Of a stretch of 64,000 nt of DNA, positions 20,395 through 29,648 are shown piece by piece. Numbering within the stretch: the stretch's first letter is position 1; the number at the start of each line of letters is the position of its first letter. A program made the position numbers and the translations under genes. Source of the stretch: Fidelibacterota bacterium (GTDB lineage Bacteria > Fidelibacterota > UBA2242); NCBI GenBank assembly GCA_049975265.1, contig JBNGDF010000001.1, positions 32,001 to 96,000 of the forward strand, read 5' to 3'. The notes under the pieces are model-generated. The model was not told the DNA's origin, made no database searches, and saw only the letters and a list, made by a program, of their open reading frames with translations.

Positions 20395-21669
20395 ATGTCT
20401 GGTTCAAATTCAAAGATACAGCGTCCAAATACATCCATTATCTACATTATCATCTGCTCCTGGTTACTGTTTGTCATTCGGATTTTATCGGCGCAGACTC
20501 TCCCCGCAGAAGAGGTGCAATCTGCAACATTATCGGATGAAATCAGCGCGACTGACACTACCCGGACTGACACACTTGTCATCTTGCCGACCACTGGTCA
20601 AAAGCCCTATCTGGGAATCGTGTTCGGTCGTGACCTCGACTTTGAAAGAGCCGAAAAAGTACATTTTCCCTATAATTATGGCGCCTGCATAGATAACATC
20701 GAGCCGGGTGGACCGGCGGATAAAGCCGGGCTGAAGGAGGGTGACATTATTACCCGCTTCGGCAAGGAAAAAATCTGGTACAACAATTATCTTGTCCGGG
20801 TGGTTGAAAAATATCAGCCGGGAACGGATGTCCCTGTTGTTCTTTATCGTGACGGCAACGCAATGACAACCACCATCACTCTGGACAGTGCCCCGGAATC
20901 CGTCGAGATAAAAATCGGCGAATCGGAAGAATCCACGAAAACAGATTATTCCGGTTCGAAAAAAACCAGAATCATCAAAAGATCGGATGCCGGGATTTTT
21001 TCCTGTGATTTCAGCTATTTTGTTCCCGACAATCTTGCGTTCTACACCCAGTTCTTACAAGCTCAACTCGGCTACTCTGCGGTCACAGATAACAGGCAGA
21101 TCAATGATAAAACCTACACCGGTTTAAATATGACGGGCTTTCACTTTCGTCCGGATAGCGACGACGGCGACCTGAGCTGGGGTTTTGTCTGGGCAAACAA
21201 CAGCTGGAACCGTCACAAACCGGTAACCTTCGCCGGAGCCGATCGTGACAGTTATCTGATATACAGCATGAACTACTGGGGTGTAACATTGGATCAGCAA
21301 ATTACGATCTTCCGGCGATTATACTTACGTGCCGGCGTTCTGGCTGGCAGCCTGACCAGCGGTCTTGCGTTGCACCAGACCGAACCGCTGACACAATGGG
21401 CGGAGATCGGGGCTCGTTTCACCGATAGCAACGAGAGTTATCTGCAAGTGGAAAAGAAATATTTTCTGATTCAACCCAACGTTTCTGTCTTTATTCCCAT
21501 CCTTGGTGACCTCGGTCTGCAGGCAAAACTTGGCTACTGTTACGGAATTCCCCGGACAGACGGCTGGAAGGTCCGCACACCGAGTGGTGGCAAAGATGTC
21601 CTCAATTCGCCGAATACATCGATCGGGGGATACACCCTCTCCATTGGACCAGCTCTCTTGATAAAGTAA
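20395..21669 (+). CDS. Paralogous PDZ domain + beta-barrel protein
   Basis: KPYLGI, IEPGGPADKAGLKEGDII, PGTDVPVVLYRDG; YLQVEKKYFLIQP matches YLQLQKKYTLLQP of the upstream paralog. Confidence 0.78.
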   Translation: MSGSNSKIQRPNTSIIYIIICSWLLFVIRILSAQTLPAEEVQSATLSDEISATDTTRTDTLVILPTTGQKPYLGIVFGRDLDFERAEKVHFPYNYGACIDNIEPGGPADKAGLKEGDIITRFGKEKIWYNNYLVRVVEKYQPGTDVPVVLYRDGNAMTTTITLDSAPESVEIKIGESEESTKTDYSGSKKTRIIKRSDAGIFSCDFSYFVPDNLAFYTQFLQAQLGYSAVTDNRQINDKTYTGLNMTGFHFRPDSDDGDLSWGFVWANNSWNRHKPVTFAGADRDSYLIYSMNYWGVTLDQQITIFRRLYLRAGVLAGSLTSGLALHQTEPLTQWAEIGARFTDSNESYLQVEKKYFLIQPNVSVFIPILGDLGLQAKLGYCYGIPRTDGWKVRTPSGGKDVLNSPNTSIGGYTLSIGPALLIK

Positions 21670-21827
21670 ATCTGGAAAAGGAAAGGCGTTCTCTGATCCA
21701 TTATTTCATTTTACACGTCTGGCAGACAATCATGCCCTTTCTTTTCCGGAAAGGTCTGATTTTTCAGTTAAAACAGCTCGAAAGTAATTGAAAATAGGGC
21801 TGGATTAGCGTATTTTGTATCAACATC

Positions 21828-22400
21828 ATGATCGAAACACTCACAGATCGACTCATTGCTACGATCATCACAATTGGCTCGCTTTTGTTTCCTTTTATTG
21901 ACGGACTGGCCCCTGCATTTACCGATGTCAGCGTTAATCTGATTGACAATTCACTGGCGCTGTCACTGAATCTGACCAACTGTTATTCCGACGAGTTCGA
22001 TCGAATTCTCACTTCGGGACAGCCGGTGACAATCCGTTTTCTGGCAGAGCTGTATGACGGTCGTACCCGGCAAGTGGTTCTGAAAAGAGACTTTGAGCAC
22101 ACTATCCGTTATAATCCTCTGAACAAACAGTATGCAATCTACCTTTCCGAAAGAGATGAGCGGCGAATTTGCGAAACCCTGGACGATGCCCACGCCTGCT
22201 TCAGTACTTTGTACCGGGTTACACTCCTCTCCCCCGAAAATCTGGAAAAGGACCGTGATTACTTTTTCCGGATTTCAGCGGCTCTCGATCCGATTACCTT
22301 TATCGGTGAAAAATCCCCCTTTGATCTGATGCTTTACTGGAACAATAAGAAGCCAAAGATTGACACCGAAAACTTTAATTCGGCCATATTTTACCGTTGA
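21828..22400 (+). CDS. DUF4390-like periplasmic protein
   Basis: ILTSGQPVTIRF, IRYNPLNKQY; position directly upstream of an NtrY-like kinase is typical of DUF4390. Confidence 0.6.
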   Translation: MIETLTDRLIATIITIGSLLFPFIDGLAPAFTDVSVNLIDNSLALSLNLTNCYSDEFDRILTSGQPVTIRFLAELYDGRTRQVVLKRDFEHTIRYNPLNKQYAIYLSERDERRICETLDDAHACFSTLYRVTLLSPENLEKDRDYFFRISAALDPITFIGEKSPFDLMLYWNNKKPKIDTENFNSAIFYR

Positions 22401-22407
22401 TACAATT

Positions 22408-23613
22408 ATGAAAAAACCAATTCCATCATTCCGCCTGCAGATCTTTCTTCTGTTTATCGCTCTGTTACTCATCTCCGTAACGTTTACCCGGTCCTTTTTT
22501 ATTAAAAGCAACCATTCTTTTTTACAGCGTCTCTCCGAACAGAATATTCTCACAAAAATTGAAACACTCTACCATGACTACAGAGCCGTTCTTCCCCAGG
22601 AGCAGGCAGAGTCGTTTAAGCAGGATATCGAAGAACTGATGTTGGGACAAAAGGCGATCGATCTGTCAACTGAGATTTATCAGCAACAGGTCGACGCCTA
22701 TTCCCGTTATATCTTCATCTTCATTGTGTTATCGGTGTTCCTCATTTTTGTTCTGTCAATTAATCTGATTACCCGACCGCTCCGCCGTTTACAAGCCGCC
22801 ACCCAGGAACTGATGGCGGGCAATATCCGGATTCATGTCAAAGAAAATCCCTTCTCACCGATTAATACCCTGATCGTCTCATTTAACCGGATGGTTTTGG
22901 AACTGGACCGGCAGCGCAAAATCGCCATAGAGGCTGAGAAGCAGATGGTTTGGCGGGAGATCGCCCGGGTAATGGCTCACGAAATCAAAAATCCACTTAC
23001 ACCCATAAAACTGAGCGTTGAGCACCTAGAAATGAAATGTCTTACAGATTCTGCAATCAGCCCCAAATTTCTTGGTGACAGTCTCTCTGTAATCAAAGAG
23101 GAGGTCGTGAACCTGCAAGCCCTCGTAGATCGGTTTCGGGGATTCGCCACCCTGCCTGAAGCAAAGCCCGAACACTATTCAATCAAGGCACAAATCGAGG
23201 AAATCATCGCGTCTTATCAACAAAAACACCGGATTGAATTAATCGGCGAAAATGAGGTTCCTCCGATCCGGGCTGATAAGATGCAGATTAAACAGGCGCT
23301 GGTCAATCTGATTCAAAACGCGCTGCAGGCAGCCGATACCCCGTCCGTTATTGTCACGATAAAAATCGAAACCGCTGATAACTGGCTGATGATTAGCATC
23401 CATGATAACGGTCCCGGAATTCCCACCGAAAACCTGGAGAAGATTTTTGAACCCTACTTCACCACCCGTCGTAAGGGCACCGGACTCGGGTTACCTATTG
23501 TTAAAAGAATTGTCGAAAATCACAGGGGTACCATTTCCATAGAAAGCCGAATCAACGCGGGTACCACAGTTTTCATCCGGCTGCCGATCCAAGTAAATAC
23601 GGAGGGATGCTAA
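22408..23613 (+). CDS. NtrY-like sensor histidine kinase (2 TM, HAMP, HisKA, HATPase)
   Basis: WREIARVMAHEIKNPLTPI, NLIQNA, DNGPGI, FEPYFTT, GTGLGL. Confidence 0.92.
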   Translation: MKKPIPSFRLQIFLLFIALLLISVTFTRSFFIKSNHSFLQRLSEQNILTKIETLYHDYRAVLPQEQAESFKQDIEELMLGQKAIDLSTEIYQQQVDAYSRYIFIFIVLSVFLIFVLSINLITRPLRRLQAATQELMAGNIRIHVKENPFSPINTLIVSFNRMVLELDRQRKIAIEAEKQMVWREIARVMAHEIKNPLTPIKLSVEHLEMKCLTDSAISPKFLGDSLSVIKEEVVNLQALVDRFRGFATLPEAKPEHYSIKAQIEEIIASYQQKHRIELIGENEVPPIRADKMQIKQALVNLIQNALQAADTPSVIVTIKIETADNWLMISIHDNGPGIPTENLEKIFEPYFTTRRKGTGLGLPIVKRIVENHRGTISIESRINAGTTVFIRLPIQVNTEGC

Positions 23614-24980
23614 TGAACATATTGGTCGTTGATGACGAAAAAAATATCCGCCAAACACTTGGCGCTATTTTGTCCGACGAAGGTCATCATGTATCCGTCG
23701 CCGCATCCGGTGAAGAAGGATTGCGCTGTCTTGGCGAGAATCTTTTTGATCTTGTTTTTCTTGATGTAAAGCTCCCCAGAATCAGTGGCATTGATATCCT
23801 GAAACAGATCAAAAAGGAGTGGAGCTCCACCGAAGTACTAATGATTTCCGGCGACAGCGATATAAATACCGCCGTAACAGCGGTAAAGATAGGCGCTCAC
23901 GACTTTATGGAAAAGCCACTGTCGCTCCCTAAAATTTTAATTGCCGTCCGGAACATTGCCGAGAAAAGGAAACTTTTGCAGAAGTGCATTATCGGTGACG
24001 AGGTTACCAGCTCCCGCTACCGGATCGTTGGCGAATCAAAACAGATCCAAGATATCCGGGAAGTGATTCAGCGGGTTTCCAAAACCGATGCAAAGGTTCT
24101 GATCACCGGTGAAAGCGGCACCGGAAAAGAGCTTGTCGCTTATCATATCCACAAACAGAGCGCCAGGTCTGATCAACCCTTTATTACCTTCAACAGCGCC
24201 GCCATTCCCAATGAACTGGTGGAGAGTGAACTGTTCGGTCACGAAAAAGGCGCATTTACCGGAGCCGACCACCAAAAACCGGGCAAACTCGAACGCGCCA
24301 ATCACGGAACCCTTTTTCTGGACGAGATCGCTGATATGAACCTCGCCGCCCAAGCCAAAATTCTGCGCGTTCTGGAAGAGGGTACATTCGAACGTGTCGG
24401 CGGCACCCGCACCATTGATATCGATGTCCGGATTTTAGCCGCCACCAACCGGGACATCAAGGCACTGATTCGGAACGGTGAATTCCGGGAGGACCTTTTT
24501 TACCGGCTCAATGTTGTCCCGATCCATTTATCGCCACTTCGGGAACGTCCCGCGGATATCCCCGTTTTAATCAGGCATTATCTGCACGCCTATTCTGTCG
24601 AACTGGCAACACCCCAAAAGAGTTTTACCGAATCAGCAATTCGTCGACTGACGGACTATCCTTTTCCCGGCAATATTCGTGAATTGAAAAACTTTATCGA
24701 ACGTATGTATATCCTCTCCGACAAATCCACACTCGGTAAAGATGATGTCCGCCTCCATCTGGGTTCTCACGACAGCCCGGCGCGCGATTTCCTCGAAGAC
24801 ATCCTGATGAAAAACAACTTTAGCGATGCAAAAAGGGCGTTTGAGAAATACTATCTTACAAAAAAACTGGAAGATACTGGCTGGAATATTTCCCGCCTAG
24901 CCGGCGATATCGGTATCCGACAACCCAACCTGTCGCGCAAAATTAAGTCTCTTGGAATCGACGTGCCGAGTAAAAGTTAA
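23607..24980 (+). CDS. Sigma54-dependent response regulator (NtrX/NtrC family)
   Basis: Receiver DDE/DVKLP; GESGTGKE; ESELFGHEKGAFTGA; FREDLFYRL; C-terminal Fis-type HTH. Confidence 0.94.
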   Translation: MLMNILVVDDEKNIRQTLGAILSDEGHHVSVAASGEEGLRCLGENLFDLVFLDVKLPRISGIDILKQIKKEWSSTEVLMISGDSDINTAVTAVKIGAHDFMEKPLSLPKILIAVRNIAEKRKLLQKCIIGDEVTSSRYRIVGESKQIQDIREVIQRVSKTDAKVLITGESGTGKELVAYHIHKQSARSDQPFITFNSAAIPNELVESELFGHEKGAFTGADHQKPGKLERANHGTLFLDEIADMNLAAQAKILRVLEEGTFERVGGTRTIDIDVRILAATNRDIKALIRNGEFREDLFYRLNVVPIHLSPLRERPADIPVLIRHYLHAYSVELATPQKSFTESAIRRLTDYPFPGNIRELKNFIERMYILSDKSTLGKDDVRLHLGSHDSPARDFLEDILMKNNFSDAKRAFEKYYLTKKLEDTGWNISRLAGDIGIRQPNLSRKIKSLGIDVPSKS

Positions 24981-24993
24981 CATTCCCTGCGTT

Positions 24994-26067
24994 TTAAAGG
25001 GAAGTAATGTCAATATCTTTGTTATAATTACCGGACTCAAATTCTGCAATCTCCCGCTCGATCCGCCCGCAAATATCATCACGGTGGGACTTGGCTGCCA
25101 GTTTGATTGCATTGGTAATGGCTTTTGCTCCCGAGCGACCGTGAGCTTTGATAACGATCTCTTTAAATCCCAGCAGTGGTGCCCCGCCATATTCGGAATA
25201 ATCCGTCGATCTCTTCAAGCGCCGAATGCCACCGGAGAGGGCAATCAGCCCCAGCCGCCAAAGCAGCCGGTGTTTAAAGGCATAGCGCCCCAGATGCGAG
25301 GCGGTTTCCGCCATGCCCTCCATCATCTTTGTCACGATGTTACCCACATATCCTTCGGTAACCACCACATCGGACACCCCCAGCATCAGTTCGTTGCCCT
25401 CAATATTACCAATAAAGTTGACATCGGGCAGGTCATCCAGAATGCGATAGACCGTAGATAATAATTCGCCGCCCTTATAGGACTCCTTGCCGATGTTCAG
25501 AAGAGCCACCGTGGGATCCTCAATACCCTTAATATCGGAAGCATAAATTTTACCCATCAGAGCAAATTGCACCATATCATCCACGGAGCAGTGGATGTTA
25601 GCGCCCACATCCAGCAGCAGGGCAAAATGATCTTCCCGCTTCTGGACATTTCGGGTGGGGTAGACTGTCGCAATCGCCGTTTTACGGACGTTCACAATCC
25701 GGGGAATATACAACGATGACGCTAAAACATAGGCGCCCGTGTTCCCGGCAGAAACCACTCCATGCGCCCGACCTTCGGCACAGAGCCTGACGGCAACAAT
25801 CATAGATGCATTGGGTTTCCGACGCACCGCGTCCCGGGGAACATCGGACATCTCAATTGTTTCGTCCGCAGGGACTATCTCCAAACGCTCTGCATCATAA
25901 GTCTCCTTAGCGAGGATTTCCGCAATCTTTCTCTCATCGCCGACCAGAATCACCTTTCCGGGCGATTCCAGTGTCGCCACCGCCGCTCCCCGCACAATCG
26001 CCTCCGGGGCATTATCGCCCCCCATGGCATCAACCGCGACCACAATATTTTTTTCCCTTTCACTCAT
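24994..26067 (-). CDS. plsX: Phosphate acyltransferase
   Basis: VAVDAMGGDNAP, VSAGNTGA, LDVGAN, GGAPLLG, KAHGRS. Confidence 0.94.
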   Translation of the reverse strand: MSEREKNIVVAVDAMGGDNAPEAIVRGAAVATLESPGKVILVGDERKIAEILAKETYDAERLEIVPADETIEMSDVPRDAVRRKPNASMIVAVRLCAEGRAHGVVSAGNTGAYVLASSLYIPRIVNVRKTAIATVYPTRNVQKREDHFALLLDVGANIHCSVDDMVQFALMGKIYASDIKGIEDPTVALLNIGKESYKGGELLSTVYRILDDLPDVNFIGNIEGNELMLGVSDVVVTEGYVGNIVTKMMEGMAETASHLGRYAFKHRLLWRLGLIALSGGIRRLKRSTDYSEYGGAPLLGFKEIVIKAHGRSGAKAITNAIKLAAKSHRDDICGRIEREIAEFESGNYNKDIDITSL

Positions 26068-26082
26068 CTTTTTATCACCCAA

Positions 26083-27009
26083 TCAATGTCCCGGCGCATT
26101 CCTGAACACTGTATCTATATTACGTATCCAATTTTCAAATTTCAATCGCTTCACTGCAGAATTCTTAAATACGGCTTTAAATTTATCCATATTTATTCCA
26201 TTGCCAAATTCCAGCAACCGGCAAATCTTCGTCCTGTTGTCTGTATACCTTTCATCGGAAGTAACCTTTTGCCAGCGGATATTCCATGGACATACTTCCT
26301 GACAAACGTCACATCCGTATACCCAGCCATTCAGCCACTCAGCCTCCTGTTCCGAAAAAACACCCCTCTTTTCCACCGTCAAATAGGAAATGCACCGTCG
26401 GGCATCAATCATACCCGGCGCCACGATCGCACCGGTCGGACAGCTCTCCAGACACTTCCTGCAGCTGCCGCAACGATTTACAGCGCTTCCTGTTACAGGT
26501 AATTCTATAGATAACAGGATTATACCGATGAAGCAGTATGATCCGATGTTCTCGGCGATAAATAAGCCGTTTTTAGCGATCCAGCCCAGACCGGCTTGCT
26601 CTGCATAGGCTTTTTCCATAAACGATCCGGTATCAACATACACTCTGCCCCGAACGTCCGGATCGACGTTCCGAATCTGAACCAAAGCGGTCTCTAACTT
26701 CTCTTTAACCAGAACATGATAATCAATTCCCAGCGCATATCCGGAAAACCGCAAGCCGCTCTTCGTAAAAAACGGCGGGCTGTAATAGTTGTCAAGTCCT
26801 ACCAGAATCGCTTTTACCCAGGGAAATTTCCGGCGAATATCAAACCGGTCGGCAGCACTTTTTACCATCCAGCTCATATCGGCATAATAGCCTTTCTCAA
26901 GCCAGCTCCGATATCTGGAGATGTACTTGCTATCCAGTGATGGTTTGGAAATCCCAAAGGCTGTAAATTTCCGGGTCATAATGGATTCGATCTGTTTGCC
27001 TGTGATCAT
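26083..27009 (-). CDS. queG: tRNA epoxyqueuosine reductase
   Basis: DYH, YVDTG, AGLGWIAKN, CGSCRKCLESCPTGA, CISYLTVE, GCDVCQEVCPWN. Confidence 0.93.
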   Translation of the reverse strand: MITGKQIESIMTRKFTAFGISKPSLDSKYISRYRSWLEKGYYADMSWMVKSAADRFDIRRKFPWVKAILVGLDNYYSPPFFTKSGLRFSGYALGIDYHVLVKEKLETALVQIRNVDPDVRGRVYVDTGSFMEKAYAEQAGLGWIAKNGLFIAENIGSYCFIGIILLSIELPVTGSAVNRCGSCRKCLESCPTGAIVAPGMIDARRCISYLTVEKRGVFSEQEAEWLNGWVYGCDVCQEVCPWNIRWQKVTSDERYTDNRTKICRLLEFGNGINMDKFKAVFKNSAVKRLKFENWIRNIDTVFRNAPGH

Positions 27010-27116
27010 GATCAAATTTACAAACCATTTCCGGTGTTAAAAACCACCTTGGGGAAACAAACCGGTTTTTTTTAAACAGATAAAATATTTATATTTCAGA
27101 CCAGAGAGGAGACACC

Positions 27117-27635
27117 ATGCCCAGCCTGAGCGACCTGTTTAAAGACCACGACAACCTTCAAAAACCGGACAATGCACCTTCCGAAGCTAAACCCGCCACC
27201 CGACCCGAATCTTCGGCGGGAAAGAAACGGGTTCTCTTCATCTGTACCGGCAACTCCGTGCGCAGCCAGATGGCGGAAGCACTGTTAAAATCCCTCGGTG
27301 CCGAACATTTCGAAGCCTACAGCGCTGGGATCACACCCGCCGGTGTTCACCACCTCACCAAACAGGTAATGGGTGAAATCGGTATCTCCATGGCCGGTCA
27401 TCGCAGCCAGCATGTTAATGAATACGCCGATATGCAATTCGATTTTGTTATTCCCCTCTGCGAAGTCGCCGCACTGAGCTGCCCCGACTTTCCCGGCGCC
27501 CCTCAACGAATCAACTGGTATATCGACGATCCCATCCGGGTCATTGGCGACGATACCAGGAAGCTGACAGCATTCCGGATTACCCGGAATATTTTAAAAA
27601 ATAAAATTCAATCGTTTATTCAAAAAAACAGCTGA
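27117..27635 (+). CDS. arsC: Thioredoxin-type arsenate reductase (LMW-PTP fold)
   Basis: CTGNSVRSQMAE, LC......CP, DDP. Confidence 0.82.
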   Translation: MPSLSDLFKDHDNLQKPDNAPSEAKPATRPESSAGKKRVLFICTGNSVRSQMAEALLKSLGAEHFEAYSAGITPAGVHHLTKQVMGEIGISMAGHRSQHVNEYADMQFDFVIPLCEVAALSCPDFPGAPQRINWYIDDPIRVIGDDTRKLTAFRITRNILKNKIQSFIQKNS

Positions 27636-27666
27636 AAATCCGCTTTAATTCGCCAGTTGTTATTTT

Positions 27667-28389
27667 CTACGGCGCGGCTCTCAATTCCCACAATCGCCCC
27701 AACAGCTTCTCAAGCGCATTTCCCAGGTTCTCGTCCCGGGCAGTGGTGATGTCCGGCTCGTTTTTGAGGACTATATATGGCACCCTGTGACCTTTTACCG
27801 AAATAAATTCGGGATCGTTACCCTTAAACTCTTCCCAGTCAACCGCCCCATACAGACGGGTTAATTTTTCGTCAGGCAAGCCGTGCTCCAGGATGCTATC
27901 CGGACGCTCAGGATTAAAACGCCGCCGATTTTTTCGCAGCGACTCTTCGAACGATACATCTATGTAAAAAATCGCCGCTCGCTCTAGGATGGAATCGGAG
28001 AGATGCTGAAACGCTTCACGATAGCCGCCATGTTCACTGCCGCGACTGAATTCGATAATCGTCGTCACCGTATCGTGATAATTCTTGTCACGCTTCCTTT
28101 TTGAATACTCCATGCTGATCCGCTCAATCAGCAAATTCCACAGATATTGAAACTTAAAATAGCCCTGAGAATCGGTATGCAGACGTGGTTTCTTCATAAC
28201 CTTTTCCAGAATTGTATCCTCCTCAAACCAGGTCCAGAGCATGGGAAAATCGTCAATTTCTTCAAATTCCCCGATATGAAAACGCCGGATACGGTCTCTC
28301 GCGGGCGTCTTTTTCAGATAATCAATGACTTCAGACTTACCCGAAGCCGGGCGCCCCATGATGATGATTATATCAAAACGTTTGTTCAT
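27667..28389 (-). CDS. Uncharacterised P-loop (nucleoside/nucleotide-kinase-like) protein
   Basis: N-terminal GRPASGKS Walker A; IIEFSRG; YIDVSFEESLRKNRRR lid-like segment. Confidence 0.7.
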   Translation of the reverse strand: MNKRFDIIIIMGRPASGKSEVIDYLKKTPARDRIRRFHIGEFEEIDDFPMLWTWFEEDTILEKVMKKPRLHTDSQGYFKFQYLWNLLIERISMEYSKRKRDKNYHDTVTTIIEFSRGSEHGGYREAFQHLSDSILERAAIFYIDVSFEESLRKNRRRFNPERPDSILEHGLPDEKLTRLYGAVDWEEFKGNDPEFISVKGHRVPYIVLKNEPDITTARDENLGNALEKLLGRLWELRAAP

Positions 28390-28401
28390 GCCGTTACACC
28401 T

Positions 28402-29475
28402 CTATATGTTTTTTTCTTTCGCCAATTCTGCCGCGCGTTTCTTTTCAGCACGGGCAATGAAACTCACCGCCACAAGAATGAAAAAGAGGCTGATCCAGTC
28501 GATTAGTCCGGGCCAGGCTCCGCCAAAAAATAGAGCAAATAGCAGCGTGGAAACGGTGCCGGCGATCAGCGAAGTAAGCCGGTTCACCAGCCCCGCAAAA
28601 GTCGCCGTACGACCTTTGAACATGAATAAAAAGACACTGAAAAACGCAACAACTCCGAATGCGGTACCCCAAAATGCCGCCCATCCCCAGCCCGGAACAG
28701 GATCAAATACCGCATTGGCGAAGGGGGTAATGCGCGGACCGCTCCAGCCGGTTTTGCGAACAACAATCAGCAGCATCGCCGCCACCAAAAAGATCGTGGT
28801 TGTGGACGAAATCTGTTCGATGCCAAAAAACGCTTTGTTGTTATCGACTTTCACATTCGTGGGACGGGTGTTTTTATAGTAATTCATTATATAAATCCGT
28901 ATGGCATAGGCGGTGATATAGCTGCAAAAAATGATCACCACCGGCAGATTGGTAAAGGGATTTTCCCCACCGTTCCCGCCGGTTAAAACTTTGACGCTGA
29001 CCGCAATCACCGCAAAAATAACCCCAAAATTCTCTTCGGCATACACCTTCTTGTGCAGAATTCCCTGCTTTATCTGAATGGCATCGACGACCCGACCGAT
29101 AATAATTACGGCGCCCCGCATAATCACCATCGCAACCATAACGGATACACCCTGAAAGCTGTATAGCAGCGTCGTCGTGGGTACAACCACCGCGGTCATA
29201 ATACCGGAAGGAATTATATAGAGCAGCTCCGAAGGAAAGGTGATGGAACCCCAGGTGATTAGTTTAATCGAATTGAGTTTATACCAGCGCAATGCCAGCA
29301 CTACAGACGTGGCAAAAAGCGTGGATGCAGCCGTACTATATACCAGATACTCCATGCTGTTCATGCCGGTCCGCAGGAAATACTTGACGCTCATCCCGGT
29401 AATTACATAAAACACAAAATATCCCAGACTCAGCTGGATCAGACGACCTGTACTACCGTCTTCTGTTTTCCACAT
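28402..29475 (-). CDS. Uncharacterised polytopic (about 10 TM) membrane protein, possibly DMT-like transporter
   Basis: About ten hydrophobic segments in two halves; GGAGG RBS. Confidence 0.7.
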   Translation of the reverse strand: MWKTEDGSTGRLIQLSLGYFVFYVITGMSVKYFLRTGMNSMEYLVYSTAASTLFATSVVLALRWYKLNSIKLITWGSITFPSELLYIIPSGIMTAVVVPTTTLLYSFQGVSVMVAMVIMRGAVIIIGRVVDAIQIKQGILHKKVYAEENFGVIFAVIAVSVKVLTGGNGGENPFTNLPVVIIFCSYITAYAIRIYIMNYYKNTRPTNVKVDNNKAFFGIEQISSTTTIFLVAAMLLIVVRKTGWSGPRITPFANAVFDPVPGWGWAAFWGTAFGVVAFFSVFLFMFKGRTATFAGLVNRLTSLIAGTVSTLLFALFFGGAWPGLIDWISLFFILVAVSFIARAEKKRAAELAKEKNI

Positions 29476-29648
29476 GAACGACCTCCATCATAGGACAGCT
29501 TGAACATTTATTCACGAAGAAACGATTTTCGTTCAATGAATCTTATCCGAATCACTTGAGACTGACATAAAACCAAGAACAAGTTAACGAACCCGCAAAA
29601 AAAACCAAACTTTATTTTTTTAATCTCCTTTTTTCAATAATTTTGACC

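Noticed and set aside
21720..21735. Second sigma54 promoter TGGCAGACAATCATGC
   Set aside because: Spacing is GG-N11-GC, not the required N10.
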